The notes beneath the pieces are model-generated. The model was given only the letters and a program-made list of their open reading frames with translations, was not told where the DNA came from and searched no databases. A program made the position numbers and the translations under genes. From NCBI GenBank assembly GCA_965644315.1, contig CBFFRQ010000064.1, forward strand, positions 248,001 through 312,000: DNA of 64,000 nt. Direction: 5' to 3'. Shown here piece by piece: positions 20,001 to 30,429 of the stretch. Origin of the DNA: Caecitellus pseudoparvulus. Taxonomy: Eukaryota > Protista > Bigyra: Bicosoecida. Each line of letters starts with the position of its first letter. Position 1 is the first letter of the stretch.

Positions 20001-22023
20001 CCAGCGGCACTCGGCCCCAGACAACGGCGCCGGTGTATGTGAAGCCCTTGCGGTCCCCAGCATCCAGCATGCGTGCTGTGACAGGCGGCAGGTGCCCACT
20101 TGCAATGGCAGACAACAGGGACGTCCGCCACTGCACAGAGGCAGGGGTGGGGTGCAGGAAGGTAGCGGCGCCCTGCGCCCGGCGCACCGTTTCTGCGCTG
20201 GCCCGTGGCTCGTTGCCATTCAGCACACGGAGCATCTGGCCATCCCGTGTAGTGGCGGGAAGCAATGCAGACAGAGTTGTCGCTTGGGAAGAGGAGGGCA
20301 TCTCGTCGCCGGCCAGGTGGGAGGCGGGCGCTCCACTGCCGTCCTGGCCTGCGGCGGGCGATGCACTCGCGCTGTCCGGCAAGGCGTCGATGGCGGAGAC
20401 GTTCACGGAGCTGTCCCCACTTCGCATTCCCACATTGGACATGCGGTACCCCTTGCTGGTCATGCCGTCCATAGCAGCCCTCATGAGGGGGTCGACGCCT
20501 GCCGAGTCCAGGTTGCCACTGTCGGATGGGATGGGCGGAACTAGCATGTTGAAGGTGGCTTCACGGCCGTCCACGAGGCCGTGCATCGCGAAAGCATCCG
20601 TCATGAGGGAGCCCTGCAACATGACAACAATGCTAGGGGTGGGGGGCAAGAAGCCATCCTTGCCCTGAGGAATCCCTCCAGGAGCCAGCGTCCAGTGCCC
20701 CGGGTTGCAGAAGACCTTGTCTGCACCGCTGATGAAAATGGAGGGTGAGGACTGTAGGTGCCCTGGGAGCTCGGCCTCCTGCCCTTCAGCAATGCAAGTC
20801 TCCCCCCCCGCATGCCACAGCAACACCGGGGCCAAGCGCCGCACCATGCGCATGAGCGTTTCCGGTGCCTGAAAGTACGCGGCAAGTGCAAGGAGGCGGC
20901 GGGGGGAGGGGTCCTTCGTGTTCAGCAACGTCGACAGCACGCCGTGCAAGTCACTGCTGGTGTCAACAGCGTCACTAGCAATAGCCCCCACACGCTTCAT
21001 CTCGGCAACGAGCATGCTTTCGTGAGCAAGGCTTTGGGACACGAGCAAGTTCAAGGCGGCCACCTGCAGGACTTCCATCCAGTTCCGCGCCTCCAAACGG
21101 TAGTACCTCTCCACTCCCTGGCCACACAGGCAGCACTGGAAGCAGTATGCCGAGTCCCCCCACAGCGGCTCATGGTCCACAGCTACCGTGCACTCTGTCG
21201 GCAGGGAAGGCGGGGCGTGGCATGTGCAACGTGGTCCCGGCCCAGCATGCCGCGCTTGAGACTCACCGATGTGCACCATCATACCGCAGGTGTCGCAGAC
21301 AAGCATGGGGCGATTTCTGCTTCGGGAATGGCAGCAGTACAAACAGCAGTTTGGCGGTGGGGGGCCGTAGTACGGCACGGAACGCTGCGCGGCAGTCGGC
21401 CCAGCGTACTGCAAGAGTGCATCAGGGCGGAGGAGAGGAGGGGACGTGACGGCGTCGAAAGGCAGGCGCCACAGCGCTGGATCAGGACGGAAGCGCAAGG
21501 GGTGAACACCAACTGGCTTCCACCCCACTTGCGCAGTACTAGAGTGCGCTAGCGCGGCAGAGCGCGCCGTCGAAAGTTGCTCAGCACGCGGGCCAGACTG
21601 CTGGTCAGGATTCGCGCTTTGCACCACAGCAACAGGCAACTTCACACCAGTCACCCGCAGGGCATACTGCTTCCCCCCTGGCATGACATGTGCCCGGTCT
21701 TGGGAGGGCAGCATGCCGCTGGGTTGGCCTGCTTGTGCAGCAGAGCTACCGTGTGCTTCTCCGTGAGCCGGCCGGAAGCTGTGCCGATACACTTCAGGCG
21801 GCGCGGCCGTGTACGGAATGTGGGAGGCAGTAGGGGTAGTAAAGTGGGAAGGTGGTCGGAAAGCGCCCGCTGTTGCTTCGTCATCTGCGCTGGGAAGCGG
21901 CCCTGCACTTGCCCATGGTTGCGGGCCGCTGCCTGCAGCAGCGGGCACGTGCACGCCCGAAGCACCTGGACCACCTGGGCCGCTACCATGCCCCAGGATC
22001 CGCGAAGACTGGATGGAGGCCAT
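17044..22023 (-). CDS. Multi-domain chromatin reader: PHD-winged helix (Polycomb-like/Ash2/CSRP2BP type), PWWP-like domain and C-terminal chromodomain
   Basis: After removing in-frame intron 21266-21195: YCC...MLVCDTCGMMVHIEC...PLWGDSAYCFQCCLCGQGVERYYRLEARNWMEVLQVAALNL. Then GAVVWGRV...WWPLQV...FG...LWV, and chromodomain FVIDRIIRHKTVRRKRKFYVSWKGYDSQYNSWVSRENI. Confidence 0.8.
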   Translation of the reverse strand: MASIQSSRILGHGSGPGGPGASGVHVPAAAGSGPQPWASAGPLPSADDEATAGAFRPPSHFTTPTASHIPYTAAPPEVYRHSFRPAHGEAHGSSAAQAGQPSGMLPSQDRAHVMPGGKQYALRVTGVKLPVAVVQSANPDQQSGPRAEQLSTARSAALAHSSTAQVGWKPVGVHPLRFRPDPALWRLPFDAVTSPPLLRPDALLQYAGPTAAQRSVPYYGPPPPNCCLYCCHSRSRNRPMLVCDTCGMMVHIGESQARHAGPGPRCTCHAPPSLPTECTVAVDHEPLWGDSAYCFQCCLCGQGVERYYRLEARNWMEVLQVAALNLLVSQSLAHESMLVAEMKRVGAIASDAVDTSSDLHGVLSTLLNTKDPSPRRLLALAAYFQAPETLMRMVRRLAPVLLWHAGGETCIAEGQEAELPGHLQSSPSIFISGADKVFCNPGHWTLAPGGIPQGKDGFLPPTPSIVVMLQGSLMTDAFAMHGLVDGREATFNMLVPPIPSDSGNLDSAGVDPLMRAAMDGMTSKGYRMSNVGMRSGDSSVNVSAIDALPDSASASPAAGQDGSGAPASHLAGDEMPSSSQATTLSALLPATTRDGQMLRVLNGNEPRASAETVRRAQGAATFLHPTPASVQWRTSLLSAIASGHLPPVTARMLDAGDRKGFTYTGAVVWGRVPLAWIASRLPEQVQADAARACSRADDQDGASTPTSSSAASSAGAAESLMAACPAIKGLLAWWPLQVVASPAQTGSLTHTLPFGCAQQLWVDTQDLLPLSKSPMRALRVQVEEVYADKSAPSAEPTPSPSARRLNPTRGSRHGSRATISGKQLGALPAVLCPVFLAALSNALVTVAVTLVPGGVGTLGQWGAAREAEPAQGPGLENLATIASMVSLGHFGEPEKTVVGAAGALLRQLAVFKACIGQVLRESPDEAALLRQALLQAAGRAAIAADGLHSPTPHVPLLPDAASEQAERSTPQASRSLTIRPSLSNGSNPSESSTCTRQLPALRANLPKGTALKCDEYPGGAKRGSVDDQGPQKKHADAEFVPAAGKNASAAARLLKRLGASTAQLHVGDIPIIATSAPPDSLSCSAQERSFQRGAIGQFLGATCTPGAATPTSGAGALGGHKRPRPDFQTGAVFSGDLIIPPSSLVQVSTAADEAAGDGRAARGRILAERAASTLDALPEQLRQQGQKRRRLQRLWRGPLKSFACQHVLRSDWLLPNTDTVPDAPEEAGDDASSCGTLASDATEVLAMEAVQGGLCEAATEPGGRCPPGLSAPHLQLTGTPPADLLRLLDSEEVLPDPTPLMSMAGPTSLGGDIPPATVPCMARFLTAWAGAPRRGIVTAPVSPTREGAESPMSDTSLAHRVQMQRPARLPPGGRMPPGQAHPSFAHSGSASSGSVTEESSAEDAGSVVESDGGDGGPAPRARPPPPLLLCRGAVLREALAGQLEQVSGPNVRKMLSKALDEALGVQEADCAAFGFKGQAAVEQGGAGLEQEVLAASPAGSGGQDHTSSQHSSGESGSPELPAHPPQSQAESSSSRSPGDGSEDGNIFVIDRIIRHKTVRRKRKFYVSWKGYDSQYNSWVSRENILDKSVITEYDEHRQQRRKARIARMRVAAVKRHTPPSQESGKDQGPPGSRDSHGGSGSDRGHDAGAGDSSDDSEDA

Positions 22024-22566
22024 CTGTACAGTGTAAAAGGGTCCATGGGTGCACTTTTTCAGAGTGGGGCAGAGCCAGCGCCGCTCCAGGGCTGAGCGTT
22101 GCATCGGCGTTGTCAGCGGGAGCGGGAACGCCGTGTCAATCACTCACCTGAGCGAACTAGCGTACTGTCCAAGACAACGCAGGAGCAGGACCCCCAACCG
22201 GCTGTATGTGAGCCCCTGACGGATTTTGGCCTTCGAGGTCCGCCCACGAGCGCAGATATTGCGCAGGTGCAGTGCTTTCGCGACGTTGCGCCTGTAGCGC
22301 CGCTTGTGCAATGGGAAATCTCAGCAGTGGGGGGCTGGCAGGCAAAAAAAGTAGCGGCAGGGCAATCAAGAGAGTGCACTGAGTGCGGCACCGCGCTGGC
22401 GTGCAGGACGGCAGATTTTTGCCCGTTCCCCCTGTGTGCCCTCTGCACCTGGCGTTTCATGGCCACCAAGAATTGTCGCATTGCGGCGCCCCGTTGCAGC
22501 TGACGTGGGGGCGCCCCACTTGTCTTGATGGCCATGTGTGAGAAGGGACTCACCTCATCATAGGGC

Positions 22567-23324
22567 ATGGATCATGTACGTGTGGGGCCCATGGGTGTGC
22601 AGCGCCGCTGCCCGGGGTTGCGATGGGCCGGCGTCAAGGAACGCACGTGCCACGTGTTGCCCAGCTCTGCCACGCTCTCAGTTGGCGGAAAGAGTCCGGC
22701 ACGAGGAGACGGCAGGGGGGGTAAGGAGGCCTGTGCACCCCCCCTCCACGAGAAGATGGCCAGCCTGGGTTGACTGCTCGACTCTGGGGCGCTTGGAGGC
22801 CGGGAAGGCAGTCTGTAGCAAAACAATACGCGAAATGCACACATGGCGCTGGATTTCGTGGGCTGAAGGCGTCGGCGCAGCGCGGAAGGGAGCGTTGATG
22901 GCCGCCACACACGTGGCGGCCTTGCACACATCAACTTCAACATTTCTCAAGCGACAGCAGCTGTTGGAGGCGGCGGCACACCCGATGAATGGGCATCAGT
23001 GTAGCTGCGCTGCAAATTCATTGCTCTGCGGGCGCATGCATGCCTGCGCATTCGCTTCCTGTCGCCTCTCAGGCCAGCGCTGGGTGAGTGCTGCAGGAGT
23101 GAAAGTTTCACGGAAGTGCTGCTGCGGCGGCAATTTGCTCCCCTCTTCACGCTGAGATGGGCGGTGCAGGGGCGCGGGCTGCGCTTGAACAGCTACACGC
23201 AGGGAAGGGGCCTTTTCTTGAGCGTCAAGCTGCCCTTGTGTCTCGGCTTCCCAACCACTTGGTCAAGGCTGGCCTGTCGCGGAAATCGGTTCTGCGCATC
23301 ATTCCGCCCTTGCCCAGCCAATGA
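22567..23324 (+). CDS. Possible multi-exon hypothetical protein, not shown as one ORF in the track
   Basis: MDH|gtacgt...ctcag|LAERVRHEE..., further GT/AG sites, and last exon GARAALEQLHAGKGPFLERQAALVSRLP...PSQ* (TGA 23322-23324). Exon model is uncertain. Confidence 0.3.
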
Positions 23325-23561
23325 ACCTTGCGGGCCAAAAACAACCACAAGAATAACAGGCATCCCTCATGTTCATGCTGCATGGCTATGCCCCAGGTCC
23401 TGCGTCGACCCTTTCGCTGTGGCGTCGGTTGAAGCGTCGGTCGCTCGGCTAGGCTGCCGCGGTCGGTCGGCTCACCATCCCCTCCGTGCCGCGACACCCC
23501 CGAGCGGCACGCCCCCTTCTTAGTGACTGGGCCAGTTTCGGCCCACTTCAGCCGCGCTGGC

Positions 23562-24491
23562 ATGGGTGCGTTCGCTGCACGTCTGGCGATCCGCGATGCC
23601 GCAGTGGCCTGCACATGACTCCCTCCTCCCTTGCTTGCTCAGAGGACTTGTACAGCGACTTCGCCAAGCCCTCCCAAGCCCTGGCCCCTGGCCAGGCACA
23701 GGGGGTGCCCGATTCCACGCCAGCCACTGCAGACGTGCGTGAGGCTGACTTGCCAGACGCGCATCCCTGTGCCTGCACCCCGTCTCCCGGCTCTTGCAGC
23801 CGAGCCTGCTTGAGCACCAAGTTATGGTTCTGGAACGCAATATTTCCTGCCTCTACACCACGGCAAGGGTGGAAGTGGAGCGCAAGAATGAGTCCCTGCG
23901 GCGCCAGCGTGTGCTGTGCGTGGCCAGCGCGTACAGTCAATTTCCGCTCCACCCCACCCACGCTTGCACCCTCCTCACAGCCTGGAAGAGTCCAACTCCC
24001 AGCTAGAGGCTGCCCAGAAGACAATGCAGCAGCTGCAGCAAGTGGCCCGTTCCGCCAGAGAGGCCATGCAGGCCGTTGTGTCGTCTGGGCATCCCATGGA
24101 TGTGCAGGCTGCCAGGTCACACTTGGCTGCCTTGGAACGAGCGCTGGGACCGGGGGAGGCACAGGGCACCAGTGCACCACCCCCAGCGCACCGCCACAGG
24201 GCGGGCGAAGCCAGCACTCGCCAAGGCCCTTCCCACCACCGGCCGCCCCCCCAGCAGTCCGGCCGCCGATCTGTACTGGGCGCTCCACCGGGCAGCAGCA
24301 GGGGGAGCGGTGAGGGGGCCAGTGGAGCGGGTGGCGGTTGGGGGTCAGCGCCCCCCCCGCCGGGCAGTGGACACAGGGGGCCTCCTCCGCAGCGGCGCGA
24401 TGCCTGGGCTGCGTACGCCCCCTCTGGAGGCCAGTACGGCAGGGGAAGGTACGACGCCCCCCCACCCTCCAGACACCAACACCACCGGTGA
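23562..24491 (+). CDS. FLASH/CASP8AP2 N-terminal-like coiled-coil protein; 4 exons
   Basis: ATGG|gtgcgt at 23562-23565. Spliced product MEDLYSDF...LEHQVMVLERNISCLYTTARVEVERKNESL, compared with recalled FLASH LDLY...[23 protein letters not shown]. Gly/Pro/Arg-rich tail. Confidence 0.65.
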
Positions 24492-24505
24492 GACAGGGCT
24501 GGAGT

Positions 24506-24517
24506 GCAATGCATTGC
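24506..24517. terminator. Palindromic GCAATGCATTGC, candidate bidirectional 3'-end element
   Basis: Lies in the 39-bp gap between convergent stops at 24491 and 24531. Confidence 0.5.
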
Positions 24518-24530
24518 GCCGGCCGCCCAG

Positions 24531-27500
24531 CTACAGCAGGGCCACGGTCCCCTGTGCGGGCGCTGGGGCGGGCGCAGTTCGTTTCTTGCGTGGCTTGCGG
24601 CGGCGCACGACGGGCACGCCGTAGGCAGCAGCGGCCCGCTGCAAAGAGACGGCTGAGGCGGAGGGTGTGTGTGTGTCTGGGTCCCCCTCCGCCTCGAAGC
24701 CACGCGGCACAGGGCGCCGAGTGTGGATGTTCACCCGTGTGCCACTGGGTGCCTGGGTGGGGGAGGTCGAGAAGGCGGGGCGGTGTCCCCCCCCCCCCGC
24801 TCCGCCGGCAAGGGGGGACAGGCCGACACCGCCCACGCCCAAGCCGCCACCCCCCGCCAGGGCGTTGCGCAGTGCTGCACGGGCCTCGGCTCCTGAGCCT
24901 GCAACGGCGGGCGAGGGGGGTCCGGACCCCCCTCGCCCCGCTTCCTCTCGCAGCATGGCGGCAAACATGTCTTTCGGCACAAGGGGTGGCCCACCCCCCC
25001 TCAGGGCTTCCCGCTGTTTCCGCAGGCGATCAGCATGAGCCCGCGCAGCGGCTTCTGCCCGGGCCACGACCTCAGACGCGACTTCTGATCGCGCAGGGGA
25101 GGCGGACTGCTCCCGGCGTCCACCCTCCTGCCGCGCCGACTCACTGCCCTGGGGGTGGGCCCACCCCCAGCCTCCCCCGCTCCTTGCGCCATGCGCACTG
25201 GTGGCAGAGCCCCGCCCAGCTTGGGCAGGGTCCCCCCCTCCCAGCCGGTGCCTGCTGCCTGGGGCAGGGGGTGACGCGCTGCCTCGAAGGTGACTCGATG
25301 AGGTGGGCCCACCCAAGCGCCCCGGTGGCGTGACACTCCCACCCATGGCACTGCCCCCGCCACTGGCTGGCGTGGAGGAGGGGGGGGAGCTGGCCCGCTG
25401 AGGGGGGGGCGGACCCTCCCCCGCCCCACCTCCCAGCCGAGGCAGGCGCAGAGGTGACACCGTGCGCCCAGGCGCCACTGGCACCGGCGCCGCCACCGGC
25501 GCCGCAGCTGGTGCCCCGCTCAGCATGCGTTCAAAGTACGCCGCCCGCGCAGCCCGTGCTGCGCTCGGCGACACGGGCGCTGCGAACGCCTGCACGGCGC
25601 CCCCCCCCCCGAGCCTGTCCCCAGCTGGGGAGAGGAGGGGGGATACGGACACACGTTCCGGGGGAGGGGGGGTGGTTGCCCGGCCTCGGCCCTCTTCCTT
25701 GCTCTCCCGTAATACGGCGTCCCGGCGCGTCGCTGCCTGGCTACTCGCCTGCACATCCGCCCTGGCAGCTGCCCGGATGCTTGCCCCTGAGTGTGGCCGA
25801 GCGGACAGCGCACCCTCGCCCATGGGGGGGGCGGAGGCCGCAGTGGCTGCGGCAGCGGCGGGTGGGGCGGCACCCCCTTGTGCTGACGCAGGGCGGGGGG
25901 GGCGGGGGGGTGCCGCCTCCGCCTCCACCGCCTTCTTCACAGTCTTCTTGCTGGTCTTCTTGGCACCCCCCTTCTTGGAGCCTCCCTTCTTCGTACCAGA
26001 CTTGCTGGCGGGAGCTGCGGCGGCGGGCACGCCACTCTCGCTGCGCTGCCCAGCCTTGGCCCTCGCTGCCAGCCGTTGAAAGACGCTTCCGCCATCTGAG
26101 GTCGTGCGTTGGACGGGCGCTGGAGCTGGGGCAGGTGCCGCACCCCCCCTTGACCTGCCAGCGCTTGTGGGCGTGGACCCTGCCGAGCGAGGAGCTCGAC
26201 TGCGAGCTCGGGCCTTGGACTTGCCACGAGCCTTCTTGGCGGGGGCAGGGGCGTATGCCGACCCCGCCGCAGCAGCGCCTGAGGCCCCACCCCCGCCCAG
26301 GCGAGGGGACGCCGCGGAGGAGGAGGGGGAGGGCGCCCCACTGCCGTCCTTGTGCTGGCCCGCCATGAGGCGCTCCATGATGGCACCCTGCGTCTTGACG
26401 CGGTTTCCACGCCCCCACCGCTTGGACTGCTCACGCTCCAGCACTCGGCGAGCCACCTTGGCGTCCGCCTTGGCCACCCACGTGTTCAGCAGCTCCTTCA
26501 CCTCCTTGTTCCCAGACTTGTTCGCCATGAACAGCACGTCCGTGCCGTACTTTGTCTTCTGCCGCAGCTCGTGCACCTTGGCGTACTTGAGCAGGGCGCG
26601 GATGACGCCCAGCCGCCCCCGCTCCACAGCCACGTACAGCACGCTCTTGCCACGCTTGGTGCAGTGGGTGTGGTCGGCGCCCGCTGCCATGAGCAGCGTG
26701 ACACTGTCCAGCCGCCCAGCCTCCGCAGACACGAACAAGGGCGTGTACCCTGACTCGTCGATGATGTCCACTTCCACTTCCGTGCGACCTGGGATCGCGC
26801 CCCGCCCCGTCGCCACCCGACTCGTCGCAAGCATCGCGTCCACCGCCTGGGCCAGAGCCTGCTGGGTGTGGCGCCAGGGGGGGATGGGCCCACTGTGGCA
26901 GGGGGTGGGCCCACCCTCCCCCGCCTCCTCTTCCTCCGCGCCCTCCTCCTCGCCACCTTCACCTCCCTCCCCCTTGATCATGGCCATGATGCCTTGATAG
27001 CGAGGGCGGGACCGTGCCGCAGCAGCTGCAGCAGCTGCCGCCATGGCAGCTTCCTCCGCTTCACGCGTGGTGGTGGTGGCCGTCGTGACGATGGGCGCTG
27101 GCGCCTCCGTCGCGCCCTGCCCGAAGCACCCCCCAATGCCCTTGTGGCGGGGGTTGGGCGCGCCCCAGATGGACGTCGGCACCGGCGCCAGCGCATCCCG
27201 CACACGCATGGCAGCGGCACCGGCGCCAGCCGCGCCCAAATTCGCCCCACCTGAGCCCCCCCCCGACGCCTTGCTCTCCCCCGCCCCGCCACGCCCACCG
27301 CCCTCGCTCTCGCTCTCGCTGCCCTCACCATCACCCCCCGCCCCACCCCCCCCCTCCCGACGCGCCTTCCACTGTGCCCACAGCTCCATGCGCTTGGCAC
27401 GGATGTCCTCAATGGTGGCGTCCACACGCTCAGCACGTGGGACGGGCAGGGCGGCCCGCAGCAGCAGGCGCACTATGTGCTCCTGCCCACACCGTGCCGC

Positions 27501-30111
27501 CTCCAGCAGCGGCGTGCGCTCCTTGGTGCCCTGCGCATTCACATCCGCCCCAGCGTGCAGCAGCAGCTGCACCATGCGCGTGTCTCCCCGAGCACAGGCG
27601 ACGCAGAGGGGCGTGTCGCCCTCAGGCCCCGTCGCACTGGGCAGGGCCAGTCGGTCCCGCCGCTCAGCAATGAACTCCAGCGACTCGGTGGGGGCGGGCA
27701 CCGCTGAGCCGACCTTGCCGGGTGGACCTGGGAGGCCCACGGGGGCGCCGGGCAGGGGCGCACCCCCCTTCCTGGCATTGTTGGTGCGGGTGATGGCTGC
27801 ATCCAGCCATGCCGAGTACTCACGTGGGTCGCTGGGGGGGGCGCTCTCTGGGACCTCCCCGTTGTACAGCAGCGCCGGGTCGTGGTGTGTCAGCAGCAGG
27901 GCCGCTGCCTCCACCCGCCCTGCCCGCGCCGCAGCGAAGAGAGGGGACACATCCTCCGCGTTCGCGAAGTTCAAGCGGACACGAGCGCCCACGGCGGCGG
28001 CACCCAGCACGCTGTAGTCAGGGGGAGACGGCGCCCTGGGGTGGATGTGGTCGCGGCGAGGGCGCAGGAGGCTGTCTTCGCCGCCGCCGCCCTCCGCCCC
28101 CCCCCCCGCGTCCATGCTCGCTGACAGTGACACGTCCAGAGCACCCTCCGCCCACCCCAGGCCGGAGAGGTTCAGGCCACTGTCTGTCTGAGGCGCGGCC
28201 TGAGATCGCGGCAGGGGCGCCTCGCCGCCGCCCCCTCGGCGCCCCTCACGACTCACCCCCCGCAGCCCCCACGGGACCCGCGTCGGGTCACGCTGGCCCC
28301 TGGCGGAGAGCAGGGAGCTGCGGGTGGCGTCTGCGGCGGCGGCAGCCTCTGCCTGGGCTGCCTGCAGCGCCCCCAGACGGATGCCTTGGCTAGCCAGCGT
28401 TGGCAGCCCCCTCCCCGCCCCGGCCAGTGCGGGCACTTCATCCTCAGCTGCATCTTGTGGGGAGGACGGCGTGCCGGCTGCAGCCCCTGCCTGGACCCCA
28501 CCCACCACCGCCTCGCCACGCACAGAGCCGAGGCCCAGGGCCTCCAGGGGCGCCAGGTGAGCTGCCAAGTCGGCGGGGTCCATGCGGCCCCGCGACAGGT
28601 CTACTGTGGACCAGTAGTCGCCCACCTCCAACCCATCACACCACCGGCGGTAGGAGCCACACCCCCGCGCCTCAGCGATGCGGGCCTGGCGAGATGCGCC
28701 CTGGGCAGAGCCCTCAGAGAGCAGGTGTCCCCCCGGTACCAGGTCTGACAGGTCCGGATGGGGGGGGTGCTCCTTCCCCGCCTCCTCAGCCTCCCGGCAC
28801 GCACTGTGCCACTCCCGCAGGCGGTGGATGGCAGCCAACAGCGGCGGCGGCACCGGCATGGGTGTGGGCACCCCACATGGTGACGTGCCTTCCGCATACA
28901 CCGCAGCAATGTGCTCATCAGGCAGTGGTGCCAGAGCTCCAGCCTCCGCCTTGAGCCGGGCGAGGGCTGTCACGGCCTGCAGCGCAGCCGTCGTCTCCCC
29001 TCCGTCCACGGCAGCTGCCCCCCCACCACTGCCCTGCCACTCCCCCTTGTACCAGCTTCGATGGGTGCCGTGTCCGGGGTGCACGCGTCGGTACAAGCCC
29101 AGACGCTTGGCGGTGGCGTGAGGGTGTGCCGGTGGCACCAGGCGCGTGCGCCCCAGCATGGCCAGCACGCTGGCGACGTTGCCTTGCTGCACAGCCACCA
29201 GCAGTGGCCGGTCCTTGCTCCGCGTGCGGCCGTTCACGTCTTCCCCGAACAGCAGCAGCAAGTGCACGGCTTGCCAGTTGCCAGTCTCAGCGGCACGCGC
29301 CAGCGGCGTGGTGTGCCCCCACTCGTCGTCCACGTGGTACCCCTTGCGGTAGCTGAAGAGCGCATTGACATTCTCTGTCAGGTCTGTTGCGGCAATCGGC
29401 AGGGATGCCGAAAAAAGTCCCCCTGTGCACGAAACAAGGCGCGAGTGAGGTGGCCAGTGAGAAACGCTCCTGCTGCACGCCTCGCACAACGGCAGCCCCT
29501 GACACGCACCAGCCACTCCGAACGCCGTCCGCACGGATTCACGCAGAATGAGCAACTTATGTAGGTATGGGAGGAACTCTGCACAGGCAAGGCGGGTGAC
29601 TCTCCCGGTGGCTGGCTGGCTTGGCGAGCACAACGCCAGGCGGCGCCGCTACCCACCTTCTTTCCCCGCTGCCATGGTCAGCAGCCAAGTGAAGTGGTCC
29701 CGAGCAAGAGGCCTCCGAACCTTTGCCAGGAGGAACAGCTTGTCCAGGCGTGGCAGCATCATGGGCGCTGGCACGCCGGTGGCTGCCCTGAACTCAGTTG
29801 CATACGCCTTGTTCACATACACCAACCAGGACTTGCACACGGCTGAACACTCCGCCATGTCTTTGATGCCTAGGTACGAAAACCATGTCAACTGCGGAGC
29901 AAGCGGTGCGCGGCTCCAGTGGCTCGGTAGGCCTTGCAACGGGCGCATAGTTCCGCATGGCGCCGCGGCGACTGCCGGCACCGCTGTGCCCCTCCCGGCC
30001 CTCACGCTGACGCACCTTGACTTCTGTCGGCATCCAAAACTTCATGGGCTCCACCACGGGTCGGTGCGTCCGCTGCCTCCGGATGTAGGCTGGCACGTAG
30101 CTGTCTGCCAT
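24531..30111 (-). CDS. F-box-like plus ankyrin-repeat protein with large low-complexity insertions; about 4 exons
   Basis: N-terminal WFSYLGIKDMAECSAVCKSW is F-box-like. Ankyrin repeats TPLARAAETG, RPLLVAVQQG, SPLFAAARAG, TPLCVACARG, TPLLEAARCG, TPLFVSAEAG and SVLYVAVERG. Confidence 0.8.
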
Positions 30112-30429
30112 CCTGCCAGCCGTTGTGCGGTGGTTTGTGAGCTTCTCCCACTAGCCCAGCGGGCCACGCCCTGTGCCCGGCAGCAGAGGCTCAGCGGCCA
30201 ACTCCTGCGTCTAGAAGTTCTGTCTTTCGTGTTCCTCCGCGCTGGTGTCTGCCCCTGCCATCCCTGCACACAGCTCGTACAGGGTGTCGGCGGCGGTATT
30301 GCGTGTTGATCGCGGATTATGGCTTGGGCACCGCTTTGCGTCTTTCCTGCTGGCGCGCACTCGCTCTGTGACGAAGCTCGGCATGCATTGTGCAGCACAC
30401 CACATCTACACAAATCCAAAGCGCAAACA

